Source: Mobula birostris (lineage: Eukaryota). Taken from it: a stretch of 64,000 nt of DNA. A program made the translations under genes and the position numbers. The notes beneath the pieces were generated by a model. It ran no database searches. It worked only from the letters and a program-made list of their open reading frames with translations, and had not been told where the DNA came from. Shown here piece by piece: positions 25,520-38,379 of the stretch (positions within the stretch are counted from its first letter, which is position 1; each line of letters starts with the position of its first letter). The DNA lies in assembly GCF_030028105.1 (NCBI RefSeq), contig NC_092382.1, positions 39,402,246 through 39,466,245 on the forward strand, read 5' to 3'.

Positions 25520-25973
25520 TACACACACACACAAACAAACAGAGAAACACACAAGCCCACACAAATACACACATACACACAGGCATACATAGGCACACGC
25601 ACAGGCGGATAAAGCACCAGCATACAGATACATACCCACACAAAAGAATTGATGCTCACATACACAGACACAAAGCCCGTGCTTTCTCATAGAGCAACCA
25701 CATTTACTAAACTCCTCCAGCATTTTGTGATGTTACTGAAGTAATAGTCTACTATGATCATTTCAAATCTGGCAGGGGCCAAACGAAAATTCAGAAGAAA
25801 CGTTTTAATCTGCAAAGGAAGGGGAAGACCGGTACAAACAGTACTATCAATTGGGAGATGAACAGATGCAGGATGGCTGGATGTGAATGAAAAGGGTCAG
25901 ATACAATTTCAGATATGTATGTATATCTCTGTGGGGTATGAGAAAGAGAGAGAGAGGTGGAGGGGGAGGAAGG

Positions 25974-26013
<40 letters not shown>

Positions 26014-26050
26014 CAGACATACAGACGACAGACAGACAGAGAGACAGACA
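25520..26050. repeat. CA-rich tract (~25520-25680) and (GA)n/(GACA)n microsatellite (~25940-26050)
   Basis: Directly visible. Confidence 0.85.
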
Positions 26051-26359
26051 GACTGGTACTGGCTTCACACAGCCGTCTGACATTTACTTCTCCCTCACTG
26101 ACCCAGTTTCGTTCTCCTGCACACAGGCAAAGACTTCATTCAAATCCGATACCCTCCTATGGTGTGACAAGGTACAGAGCAGCGCTTCTGCCTTACACAC
26201 AGGGTGTGTTACAGAGCACAGAGACACTGACAGATATTTCCAAATCAACTGCTGCACTGAACCACGGACAGTCAAATTTTCCATTGTATATACACAGTTT
26301 CCTAAAGGCAGACAAACAGACCCAGAACTCACATACCCACCCACATAGATCGGATAACA

Positions 26360-28110
26360 GCAACAACAGCGTTGGAAAAGTCAGTGTGAGTCGAAGAAAG
26401 GACAAACAGATGTAAAACAGGGAACTGATGAATGTGGTGTAGATGGATTTGAAGAAAGTTTCTGATTAGCGCATGGGATTGTGGATAATATGCTTGTGTG
26501 GACTCAGATGCAATGAGCGTGTCAAAGGCAGAGAGAGGGGATAAATGGGCCATTTTCCATTTCGGAAGCAGTGACCAGTTGGGTGACACCGGGATTGGTC
26601 CGAGACCCCCACAGCTGTTCACAATCTATTGTATCCATGTCTGCTGCTGTTATAAGCTTGGTGGCAGGTTCAGGAGAGAGCGGGGTTCGGAGAGAGTTTG
26701 AGGATGTCAAATGAACTGAATGAGTGAGGATGTGGCAGATGGACCAAGTGTGGGGAAATTTGAGACCATTCTTTCCAAGAGATACAAACTAGAAATGCCA
26801 TATTACCGTGGTGGCACAGTGAAATGTTCAGAGGGACCTGGGGGGTCTTGAAAATAAATTATTGTGAGTTAAAATTCAGGTACATGGTATGGTAAACGGT
26901 ATTTTCTCCTGTAATACAGGAGTATTGGAGAAGCGGGGCAGAGAGGTGTTACTGCGAGTTGGCTCATGGGGTTCTGGTGAAAAAGCGCCTTTAATATCAT
27001 TTCCAGGTCTGGTCACAGTTCCTCAGCAAAGATATCCCTGCAACAGAGCGAGTGGAGGGACTATTCTTACACTAACCGGACTGGTACAACAGATGGCAAT
27101 CTGTTTGTGTGAGGGGACAGTGGGTGAGCTGTGCCTGTATTCTCTGCAATTGTCAGGAAAATGTTGGATTCTTTCAGATATTTGGACCGGATCGATTTCA
27201 GGGAGGATGTTTCTCCTGAATGAGAATTCTATTACCATGGGTCACAGACTCAGAATGAAGGACCTGATGTTCAGGGCAGAGCGGAAACGAAATTCCCTTC
27301 ATCAGTGATTATTTCTCCGTTTCTCCATATAACTGCGGGACAGGAAATGAAAATGTGGTCTGTGATGTTGGGCTAATGTGATTAAGCTGGTCATGCCGGA
27401 ATAAACTAATCCATCTGCCAGCATGTTGCCCATGTCGCTTCCTTCTCTGTGTATTTGTTTGTATAATCCAGAACCTCGTCAATAGCATTGTTTTACCTGC
27501 CTCCGACACCACCCCAGAAACACATTACAGACACCCGGAACTCTGCTTTGTTTTATTTTAAACATTCCCCCGCACATCTCCTTTGAACGTTTTCCCCTCT
27601 CACCTTCATTGCATGTCCTCTGATATTCGGTGTTTTGATGCTGTGAGAAGGATTACAGTTGTCTACTGTATTTATGACTCTTATAAGCCTCGCTGCCTCC
27701 CTTTGGCGACCGCCATTCTGGAAAAAAAAATAACACAAGTTCGTGAAAATCCTCCTTGTTGATCTCCTCCCTATAAACCTCTGCTAAACCCTTTCCAGAG
27801 CCTTGGCATCCTTCCTGTAATGGGGCGACCGGAACTAAATACAAACTCCAGGTGGAACCTAAGCAGAGATTGATAAATCACTTCCTTTTATGACAATAGT
27901 GATCGTCTCAGCTCTCCCCTTGGTTTCTGCCACTCCGGAAGGAGCAACCCAAGTTTGTACAACTCCACCTTCTAGATCTCTTCCTAAAGGTCCTTCTTAT
28001 AACCTCTTCTATAGCCTTTCCAAATCCTCAGCATCATTCGTAATCCGGGCGAAGGAAGCTGAATGCAATAGTCCACATGCAACCTGACCAGCGCTCTATA
28101 GAAAACCAGA
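26360..28110. mobile_element. Old CR1 RT/3' remnants in both orientations
   Basis: PQLFTIY, ELCLYSL and MGHRLRM on the plus strand; LVRLHVDYCIQL and CR1 3' UTR pieces on the minus strand. Confidence 0.65.
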
Positions 28111-28119
28111 GTTTTCTGG

Positions 28120-28680
28120 TCAAGGAGGAACCCACGGGAGTGGGCTGGGTCTGCGATGTCCCGATAAGCAGTAGGTGTGAGACCTGCTGGAGGACGACCA
28201 GCTGTTTGCTGGACACAGTGATCAGCAGGAGTGAAGGGCCACGGCACTTCCTCTATCAAGCACAAAGAACTGCAGTCACATCAGAGACTGAGCGGTCCTT
28301 TCCCTAATCAATACACAGAGACGGATGCAAGGCCATCATCACCTGCCCCCTCTACGACAATGGAGACAATCTGTGGGACCAGCATCACCATCACCCCCCC
28401 CCCACCACCACCACCACCACCTTCCTCATACAGGGAAACATGGCAGCACACACTCCTGTAGCCACGTCCACACTGACCTTTGCAGAAAGTGTCCTGACCG
28501 GATTCATCACGGCTTGGCACAGCAAACTGCTCCTCCTGTGGTTGTAAGAAACTGTCGAGGGTTACGAATACAGCTCAGCTCGTCACGGAAACCAGCCTCC
28601 TCTCCATGTACTCTGACTTCACTTTCGACTCACTTGGAAAAGCAGCCGGTATAATTAAGGGGCCAACCCATCACAGACAG
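28120..28680 (+). mobile_element. Rex1/Babar-type LINE fragment
   Basis: SVLTGFITAW-like and IIKGPTH motifs shared with the other Rex copies. Confidence 0.45.
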
Positions 28681-28779
28681 CACGGTCTATGTCGTCCATC
28701 TACCCTATTCGATTGGTCTTCATCCAATCAGGTCGTTGCTGCTCCACCCTGTTTGCAATTCAATTCCAGATTTACCACT

Positions 28780-29620
28780 CCACTAAGCATCTAACGGCTA
28801 TGCTGTCTCCCTTTGTTTGGAGTATGAGCATTGCTTCATGAATTCGACCGACTTCGTAAAAGCGATTAAAATACATCCAGCTGACCCCGGAAGACACGTC
28901 GTTTCCACTTTTCCACGTGGTGTCCCTGCTCACATGAGTTCGCAGTAAGGACAGCTTGGTTCTCCTGCGGCCAAGCGTTGAGAGAGTCCCAGTGGTCTTT
29001 TTGAACACACCCTTACGTCAACGTACTTACTCTGGAAGTGAAACTATAATGAACAAATTGACGGAATGACCACGGGATCGCCTTTGACACCGGCGTTTGC
29101 TAATTTCTACATGGGGAACATTAAGGAGAGTGTTCTGGCTTAATCGCCCCAAATGGTTCTTCAGATACGTCAATTACACTTCTAAGTGAGGCCTTATAGA
29201 CCCCAGACACTCCAGCCGTTCCAGAGACATCTGAACAGTTATATATCCGAACATTCAACTTCCGATGGAGATGGAGGAGAGTGGTTACCTCTTATTCCTG
29301 GAGATTCTAACATGACGGAAACCGGTCTGTAGCCTCGGACACAGCGTCCATCGGAAAACCAGTCGCACGGACTTATACCTCAACAATATCTGCCAGCATC
29401 ACGCCTCCAAACGTACAGTGTTTCATTATACTTTGATTAATTGTGTGAGAAGTATTTCGGACCACAGAGTCCCCATGGGGAAATAAGACGATTATGCACA
29501 ACGTTCGAGCAGAATGGTTATAAAATGAAGCAAATCAATTGGCCCGTAGAAAGAAGCCGACTGAAAATCCAGGAGACCTAACCGTGAGGAGGCAGCCGTC
29601 GTCACCACCTGCATTCGCGT
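28780..29620 (+). mobile_element. Penelope-like element reverse transcriptase remnant
   Basis: Frameshifted motifs F(H)VVSLLT, EQIDGMTTGSPLTPAFANFYM, WFFRYV(N/D), HLNS..PNIQ..MEME and VHRK..RTDLYL are typical of PLE RT. Confidence 0.75.
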
Positions 29621-30212
29621 TGTGGTGCAGCCAACCTGGCGGCCTCTCTCCCAGACGAGCTCCATCGCTTTTCTGCTAGGATCGATTTCGCTCACTCAGA
29701 GCCTCCGAAGAAAGTTACCGGATATAACGTACGTGCAGCCAGATGAGGCTCCAAACAAAATTGGATAATGCATTTTGGCAAAAGGAACAATAGTGAACTA
29801 TTATCTGATTGGGCAGAAGGTTCAAACAACAGAAGTACAGAAGGAAATATGAATCCTCGGGCAAGATTCCCAGAAGGTTAATTTACAGGTTGAGTCTGTG
29901 GGAAAGAAGGCAAATGCAATGCTGGCATTTATTTAAAGTGAATTAGAATACATAAGCAAGGAGATAATGCTGGTACTTTATAAGACACGACTTAGGCCGC
30001 ACTTAAGAGTATTTGGACCCATATCTCGGAAAAGGTGTGTTATCGTTGGACAGTCCAGAGGACGTTCAAGAAGATGATTCTGGGGATGAAGGGGTTAAGA
30101 TATGATGAGCGTTTGCCAGCCGTGGGCCTGTACTCCTGCACTGACACGTTTAATAAATGCGGGTGGGGCATGTTAAATCTCACTGAAACCCACCGAATGT
30201 GGGATGGTCTAG

Positions 30213-32716
30213 ATAGAAACATAGAAAATAGGTGCAGGAGTAGGCCATTCGGCCCTTCGAGCCGGCACCGCCATTTACTATGATCATGGCTGATCATCCG
30301 ACTCAGAACCCTGCACCAGCCTTCCCTCCATACCCCCTGACCCCCGTAGCCACTAGGGCCATATCTAACTCCCTCTTAAATATAGCCAATGAACTGGCCT
30401 CAACTGTTTCCTGTGGCAGAGAATTCCACAGATCCACCACTCTCTGTGTGAAGAAGTTTTTCCTAATCTCAGTCCTAAAAGGCTTCCCCTCTATCCTCAA
30501 ACTGTGACCCCTCGTTCTGGACTTCCCCAACATCGGGAACAATCTTCCTGCACCTAGCCTGTCCAATCCCTTTAGGATCTTATACGTTTCAATCAGATCT
30601 CCCCTCAATCTTCTAAATTCCAACGAGTACAAGCCCAGTTCATCCATTCTTTCTTCATATGAAAGTCCTGCCATCCCAGGAATCAATCTGGTGAACCTTC
30701 TCTGTACTCCCTCTATGGCAAGGATGTCTTTCCTCAGATTAGGGGACCAAAACTGCACACAATACTCCAAGTGTGGTCTCACCAAGGCCTTGTACAACTG
30801 CAGTAGTACCTCCCTGCTCCTGTACTCAAATCCTCTCGCTATAAATGCCAGCATACCATTCGCCTTTTTCACCGCCTGCTGTACCTGTATGCCCACTTTC
30901 AATGACTGGTGTATTATGACACCCAGGTCTCGTTGCACCTCCCCTTTTCCTAATCGGCCACCATTCAGATAATAACCTGTTTTCCTATTTTTGCCACCAA
31001 AGTGGATAACTTCACATTTATCCACATTAAATTGCATCTGCCATGAATTTGCCCACTCACCCAACCTATCCAAGTCACCCTGCATCCTCTTAGCATCCTC
31101 CTCACAGCTAACACTGCCACCCAGCTTCGTGTCATCTGCAAACTTGGAGATGCTGCATTTAATTCCCTCATCCAAGTCATTAATATATATTGTAAACAAC
31201 TGGGGTCCCAGCACTGAGCCTTGCGGTACCCCACTAGTCACCGCCTGCCATTCTGAAAAGGTCCCGTTTATTCCCACTTTTTGCTTCCTGTCTGCTAACT
31301 AACTCTCCACCCACACCAATACCTTACCCCCAATACCGTGTGCTTTAAGTTTGCACACTAATCTCCTGTGTGGGACCTTGTCAAAAGCCTTCTGAAAATC
31401 CAGATATACCACATCCACTGGTTCTCCCCTATCCACTCTACTAGTTACATCCTCAAAAAATTCTATGAGATTCGTCAGACATGATTTTCCTTTCACAAAT
31501 CCATGCTGACTTTGTCCGATCATTTCACCATTTTCCAAATGTGCTGTTATCACATCCTTGATAACTGACTCCAGCAGTTTCCCCACCACCGACGTTAGGC
31601 TAACCGGTCTATAATTCCCCGGTTTCTCTCTCCCTCCTTTTTTAAAAAGTGGAGTTACATTAGCCACTCTCCAATCCTCAGGAACTAGTCCAGAATCTAA
31701 CGAGTTTTGAAAAATTATCACTAATGCATCCACTATTTCTTAGGCTACTTCCTTAAGCACCCTGGGATGCAGACCATCTGGCCCTGGGGATTTATCTGCC
31801 TTCAATCTCTTCAATTTACCTAACACCACTTCCCTACTAACATGTATTTCGCTCAGTTCCTCCATCTCACTGGACCCTCTGTCCCCTACTATTTCTGGAA
31901 GATTATTTATGTCCTCCTTAGTGAAGACAGAACCAAAGTAATTATTCAATTGGTCTGCCATGTCCTTGTTCCCCATAATCAATTCACCTGTTTCTGTCTG
32001 CAGGGGACCTACATTTGTCTTTACCAGTCTTTTCCTTTTCACATATCTATAAAAGCTTTTACAGTCCGTTTTTATGTTGCCTGCCAGTTTTCTCTCATAA
32101 TCTTTTTTTCCCCTTCCTAATTAAGCCCTTTGTCCTACTCTGCTGAACTCTGAATTTCTCCCAGTCCTCAGGTGAGCCACTTTCTCTGGCTAATTTGTAT
32201 GCTGCTTCTTTGGAATTGATACTATCCCTAATTTCTCTTGTCAGCCACGGGTGCACTACCTTCCTTGATTTATTCTTTTGCCAAACAGGGATGAACATTT
32301 GTTGCAGTTCATCCATGCAACCTTTAAATGCTTGCCATTGCATATCCACCCTCAATCCTTTAAGTGTCATTTGCCAGTCTATCTTAGCTAATTCACGTCT
32401 CATACCTTCAAAGTTACCCCTCTTTAAGTTCAGAACCTTTGTTTCTGAATTAACTATGTCACTCTCCATCTTAATGAAGAATTCTACCATATTATGGTCA
32501 CTCTTACCCAAGGGGCCTCTCACGACAAGATTGCTAATTAACCCTTCCTCATTGCTCAAAACCCAGTCCAGAATAGCCTGCTCTCTAGTCGGTTCCTCGA
32601 CATGTTGGTTCAAAAAACCATCCCGCATACATTCCAAGAAATCCTCTTCCTCAGCACCTTTACCAATTTGGTTCACCCAATCTACATGTAGATTGAAGTC
32701 ACCCATTATAACTGCT
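30213..32716 (-). mobile_element. Young 5'-truncated CR1 ORF2 (endonuclease C-half, RT, 3' tail)
   Basis: Near-continuous ORF2: MGDFN, KSPGPDG, YRPVSLTS, DFQKAFD, GVPQGSVLGP, KFADDT. It has one frameshift (~32100) and two in-frame stops (31740, 31299), with a (TTTCTATG)-type tail at ~30213-30230. Confidence 0.95.
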
Positions 32717-33021
32717 GTGAGAGGCGCACCGCTTCCAGGGTCTCCTTACTTCGAGTGTCGTGTGTGTCCTGCCTTAGCGAACCTGTCCCTTTTTATCCCC
32801 CTGCTGGGGTATCGCCTGTCCATCACTTCAAACAGTTCAGGGTTCAAAGGGGGAGCCGCTTTAGACAGCTCTCTCTCCCGTCCCTTCATTAACATCTCCA
32901 GATGCTGCTTCATTGTTCCTTATCTCTCCTTCACCTGAGGACAGGTGGCAGACCAACTGCTGATGCCACTGATGCTAACCCAGGCCAGCAAACATCTTAA
33001 TTTATGTGTATTCTCGTCACA
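32716..33021 (-). mobile_element. LTR-like fragment
   Basis: 306 bp bounded by TGTGA...TCACA with an internal GATAAAAGG. No TSD is visible. Confidence 0.35.
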
Positions 33022-33054
33022 ACACTCAAACACATTTAGATTAATGCCACTGAG

Positions 33055-33960
33055 ATCATAGTCATAGTCATAGTCATACTTTATTGATCCCGAGGGAAAT
33101 TGATTTTCGTTACAGTTGCCCAACCAAGAATAGAGTATAAATATAGCAATATAAAACTGCAAATAATTAAATAGTAATATTTAAATTATGCCAGGAAATA
33201 AGTCCAGGACCAGCCTATTGGCTTAGGGTGTCTGACACTCCAAGGGAGGAGTTGTAAAGTTTGATGAACACAGGCAGGAATGACTTCCTATGGAGCTCTG
33301 TGCTGCATCTCGGTGGAATGAGTCTCTGGCTGAATGTACTCCTGTGACCACCCAGTACATTATGTAGTGGATGGGAGACGTTGACCAAGATGAAATGCAA
33401 CTTGCACAGCATCCTCCTTTCAGACACCACCGTGAGAGAGTCCAGTTCCATCCCCACAACATCACTCGCCTTACGAATGAGTTTGTTGATTCTGTTGGTG
33501 TCTGCTACCCTCAGCCTGCTGCCCCAGCTCACAACAGCAACCATGATAGCACTGGCCACCACAGACTCGTAGAACATCCTCAGCATTGTCCGGCAGATGT
33601 TAAAGGACCTCAGTCTCCTCAGGAAATAGAGACGGGTCTGACCCTACTTGTAGACAGCCTCAGTGTTCTTTCACCAGTGCAGTTTATTGTCAATTCGTAT
33701 CCCCAGGTATTTGCAATCCTCCACCATGTCCACACATACCTGGATGGAAACAGGGGTCACCGGTGCCTTATCCCTCCTCAAGTCCACCACCAGCTCCTTA
33801 GTGTTCTTCACATTAAGCTGCAGATAATTCTGCTCACACCATGTGACAAAGCTTTCTACCGTAGCCCTGTACTCAGTCTCATCTCCCTTGCTGTTGCATC
33901 CACCTATGGCAGAGTCATCAGAAAACTTCTGAAGATGGCAAGAGTCTGTACAGTAGTAGA
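33055..33960 (-). mobile_element. Rex1/Babar-type LINE 3' portion
   Basis: MFYESVVASAI..SWG and RKSFLP..IKLYNSS motifs, with AATAAA and a (GACTAT)n tail at 33055-33085. Confidence 0.85.
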
Positions 33961-35010
33961 TCAGAAGGAGGAAGAGCTATAACAGACATTTAAAAAAAAT
34001 CAACCAACTACCTGATAATATTTCTAAAGTATATATTTTCATACAAAATAAAAAGGATTCAGCACTCCATGCAGGTATATGCAATTCTGATAAGAAATAC
34101 AGACCAGAAAACTTAAATGAGAGGCCAACTCAGAGAAATGAATCATCACTATGGAAGAAAACATTAACCGGTGGAATGAGTATAACCCTCCATGGGAGGC
34201 ATCTCAATGATCTCAGCAGACTAGCTGGTGACAAGGAAGTATAGAGAGCCCGACTCAGAGTTGGAGACCTCTTCCCAGAAACAGGGTTTCCTTGGGGAAA
34301 TACAGGTCAAGGTGGTTAACATTCTCAAACATTAAAAAAAAAAATCTTCGGCTGTCCATCAATTTTCGATGATGACTGCTGCATGGGCAAGGTTGTATGG
34401 AAGACCGGCAGTTGCCCATGCTGCAAGTCTCCCCTCTCCACGCCCCTGATGTTGTCTAAGGGAAGGGCACTAGGACTCATACAGCTTGGCACCAATGTCG
34501 CCGCAGAGCAATGTGTGGTTAAGTGCCCTGCTCAAGGACACAACACGCTGCCCATATGAGGCTCGAACTAGCCACCTTCAGATCACTGGACCGATGCCTT
34601 AACCACCATGCCATGTACCACACATATATCAAAACTACATAAAAGACAAACAGACAAGGCAATAAATGCAGAAAATGCCAAGAGAAACCAGACACAATCC
34701 GACACATTCCAGAATCCTGCAGCAGCTTAACTCAATCTGATTACTTACAAAGGTAAAATCAAGTGGCAAACATCATTCACCAAAGTCTTGCTTTAAAATA
34801 CAAACTCATGAATGACCACCTAAACTTCATTAAGGTACCATAAATTCAAGCCTGGTTCAGCTTTAGAGTCAAAATCTTACAAATTTTATGATAATAAATA
34901 CAGTGTTACATATAGGACAATCCATAATAACCATCCGGATATAATATTACAGGATAAACAAGCAGGAACAACTCCCTCAATAGATATAACCATCCCAACT
35001 CACACATGTT
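33960..35010 (+). mobile_element. R4/Dong-clade (RLE) non-LTR retrotransposon remnant
   Basis: Frameshifted LHGRH, LRVGDLFPET.GF, CRKCQEKPDTIRHI..SC (CCHC knuckle), NQVANIIHQ and PDIILQDK (RLE) motifs. Interrupted by a SINE. Confidence 0.7.
34340..34625 (-). mobile_element. tRNA-derived SINE
   Basis: The minus-strand 5' end has Pol III box A (TGGCATGGTGG) and box B (GTTCGAGCC) at tRNA spacing, then a body and a T-run end. Confidence 0.75.
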
Positions 35011-35919
35011 CCTCGAACAAAGGAGCACCTCACAACAGGCATTGCTTGTGTCATCAGTCAGACAACCAAATTGTTTTCTCTGTCAATCAGCTTCCAAATG
35101 TTGCTACGCTCTCATTCGTTACCACGCCCCGCTGCTGATTCCCTTCTCCTCATCATACGTTCTTACCCCGACCATCGTCTAGAGCCCCAAACTCTGCCCT
35201 GTGCAGACCTGCCTCTGGTTTCTGACCCTGCTTTGTTGAACATCCAACTAATGGTTTCCCATTCTGCTTTCAGACTTTAGAGGACAGTGGTGTTTTCTAA
35301 CAGCCCTTTAGAAGCAGGGAAAATGACCCATGATGTGGAAATGAGCCGTGATTAAGGAGGTTAACTACCAATGTTATTCTTCCTCAGCAGAGAGATTAGA
35401 GGGACGAACAACATCTCAGACAGAACTGCAGTCAGATCGACTTCTTCAGTCTGCAGAAAATTCAAGGGAAACCTCTTCACCCACAGAGTGGTGACTGTTT
35501 GGAGCCCATCACCACAGGAAGAGTGAGAGGGGAACAACTAGGGAGGATTTAAAAGGACCGTTGTGGAACAGAATCACTGGCAGGGTCCAGCCGGCCTGAA
35601 TTGACTCTCTATTGTACACTAGGTGTGTTATAAATTCACTAGTACCAAAGACAGTGTTTAAAATAGAACTGATTTGTTTGTCTGAGATCCAGAATATTAA
35701 ACTCCAGTCTCATTAAAGGTGAATATGCAGCAGAAGAAACTCCTCCCATGCCCAGTGACCAGGGTGCAGAACTGGGTGTGGTGAGCAGCAGCAATAATTG
35801 CAGAGTTCAGCTCCAACAGTCACTCTCGAAATTGCATTAAGCAACGGTGATGGACAAATATCCAGCATGCAGCTTATTGAAACTTTCTCCCCGGTGTGAA
35901 CCCGGTAGTGTGTCACAGG

Positions 35920-36310
35920 TGTAACACGCTGTAGGGTTTCACTGCTGAAGTAACGGCCTCTCAGCAATGTTTCACTGCTGAGGTAATGGTTTCTCTGTAG
36001 CAGCAATGCTTAGGTTATGACTAGAGATAACAGGGTTTTGGAGTTCGGTCTTTTGCCAGGGGTAGATAAAAAGATGCGAACAGAGAGCCTTTTGCTTTTT
36101 TTTTGTTGTTTTATTTTCTTTACAAACCCTATAGTCAAAGTAAGAATTATAAGGCTCAATCGTTTAATCACATATTGTGTACTGTTTGTTATTTCGGGGT
36201 ACTGATTTGTAACAGGGGACACATCACGCAGCATACACCCAAACGAGATTTCTTAAGTCTGGCTGGGCTGGGGGGCAATTACCCCCTATATTAACCTGCT
36301 AGCCAACCGA
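35920..36310 (+). mobile_element. LTR-like insertion in the decayed 3' fingers of the ZNF gene
   Basis: Starts TGTAAC and splits a finger remnant (…FIQLS | THYRVHTG on the minus strand). The 3' terminal CA is not evident. Confidence 0.45.
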
Positions 36311-36374
36311 TAGATAACTGAATGAATCCCTTCCCACATTCACAGCAGGTGAACGGCCTCTCCTCAGTGTGAAC

Positions 36375-37649
36375 TTAATGATGCACATTTGGTTGATTTG
36401 GTTGAGAGAATCTCTTCCCAATGTCTGAGCAGGTGATCGGCCTCTCTCCAGTGTGATTTCTCTGGTGTCTCAGTAGATGAGATGACTGAATGAATGCTTT
36501 CCCGCAGACTGAGCAGGTGAAAGGCTTTTCACCAGTGTGAACTCGATGATGTAGCTTCAGATTAAATGACCTAATGAATCCCTTCCCACAGAATGAGCAG
36601 GCGAACGGCCTCTCCCCTGTGTGAACTCGCTGATGTACCATCAGTTGAGATGACTGAGTGAATCCCTTACCACAGTCTGAGCAGGTGAATGGCCTCTCTC
36701 CGGTGTGAACTCGTTGATGCAGCTTCAGATTAAATGACCTAATAAATCCCTTCCTACAGACTGAGCAGGTGAACGGCCTCTCCCCTGTGTGAACTCGCTG
36801 ATGTACCTTCAGTTGAGATGATGAAGTGAATCCCTTCCCACAGTCTGAGCAGGTGAAAGGCTTTTCTCCAGTGTGAACTCGTTGATATAACTTCAGTTGA
36901 GATGACCAAGTGAATCCTTTCGCACAGTCTGAGCAGATGAACGGCCTCTCCCCAGTGTGAACTGACTGGTGTGCTTGTAGGCCAGATAACTGTGCAAATC
37001 CCTTCCCACAGTCTGGGCAGGAGAATGGCCTCTCTCCAGTGTGAACTCGCTGATGTACCTTCAGTTGAGATGATTCAGCAAATCCCTTCCCACAGTCTGA
37101 GCAGGTGAATGGCGTCTCCCCTGTGTGAACTCGCTGATGTACCTTCAGTTGAGATGACCGAGTGAATCCCTTCCCACAGTCTGAGCAGGTGAACGACCTG
37201 TCCCCAGTGTGAACTGACTGGTGTCTCAGTAACTGAGATGACAAAGTGAATCCCTTCCCACAGTCTGAGCAGGTGAACGGCCTGTCCCCAGTGTGAACTG
37301 ACTGGTGTGCTTGTAGGCTAGCTAACTGTGTGAATCCCTTCCCACACAATGAGCAGGAGAATGGCCTCTCTCCAGTGTGAATTCGCTGATGTAACTTCAG
37401 TTTGGTTGAGCAAGTGAATCCCTTCCCACAGTCTGAGCAGGTGAATAGCCTCTCTCCGGTGTGAACTGACTGGTGTCTCAGTAACTGAGATGACTGAGTG
37501 AATCCCTTCCCACAGTCTGAGCAGGTGAATGGCCTCTCTCCGGTGTGAACTGACTAGTGTCTCAGTAACTGAGATGACGAAGTGAATCCCTTCCCACAGT
37601 CTGAGCAGGTGAATGGCCTCTGTCCAGTGTGAACGCGCTGGTGAGCCAT
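36375..37649 (-). pseudogene. Tandem C2H2 zinc-finger gene (~14 fingers, TGERPF linkers) with a premature stop
   Basis: ATG at 37649 (MAHQRVHTG…) is in frame with ORF 36375-37349. There is a CAG>TAG at 37556-37554 (codon 32). A splice acceptor TTTTTACAG lies at ~38034, and upstream decayed fingers contain stops. Confidence 0.75.
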
Positions 37650-38379
37650 TAGGTCAGATGACCAAGTGAATCCTTCACCACAAATTCAGCAGACAACCAG
37701 CCTCTACCCACTGTGAACTGACTGGTGTGTCCACAGGTGGGAAGACTGACTGAATCCCTTCTCACACACAGAACAGGTGAATGGTCTTGTCCCAGAGTGA
37801 ACTTGCTGATTGAATCTATTCCCAATGTCTGAACAGATGAATGAGTCCCCCGCTGTGTCAAATGACAGGCATGCCAGTCGGTCAGATGATTGATTGAATC
37901 CCTCCGCACAGTCTGAGCAGGAAGGATGATCGAGTGAATCCCTTGCTCCACTTCTTGAATATCTGGACAGAGACAGCAAAACTGGTGTGTTTTGTTCGAG
38001 GTTCCCGTAGACAAATTTCTTGTCATTTTTAACCTGTAAAAAAGATTTACAAAATCCATCAATGTTTGTAGGACAATATATCAGATGCGATCACTTGAGT
38101 TGCCAAGGTCTGATCTGGCATCACATTGTTACAGTGAAGTTTAACCCAAGTTGGAGAGAGATATCATCTTATAACTGGGCACAGTGCTGATTTCTGGAAT
38201 GGCCATCAAATTCTCTGATGCTGTTACTGTCTCTATAAGAATGGGGCATTTCTGCCATCTCCAATCTGTGACCTGGCTCAGTTTGACTCTCTCCATTGGT
38301 ATTATTCCCTGTTCCCACTGAGCTGCATGGGTTCCTGGCCACACAGTAACTGAAACACTCTCACACGAACAGCCAGCAG

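Noticed and set aside
32195-33982. Long plus-strand ORFs (247 aa, 203 aa)
   Set aside because: Antisense shadows of CR1 and Rex coding sequence.
34540-34620. tRNA gene
   Set aside because: Box A/B are present, but they continue into a SINE body and tail with no intact cloverleaf.
36375-37649. CRISPR-like regularly spaced repeats
   Set aside because: The 84-nt periodicity is C2H2 finger coding sequence in a eukaryotic context, with no cas genes.
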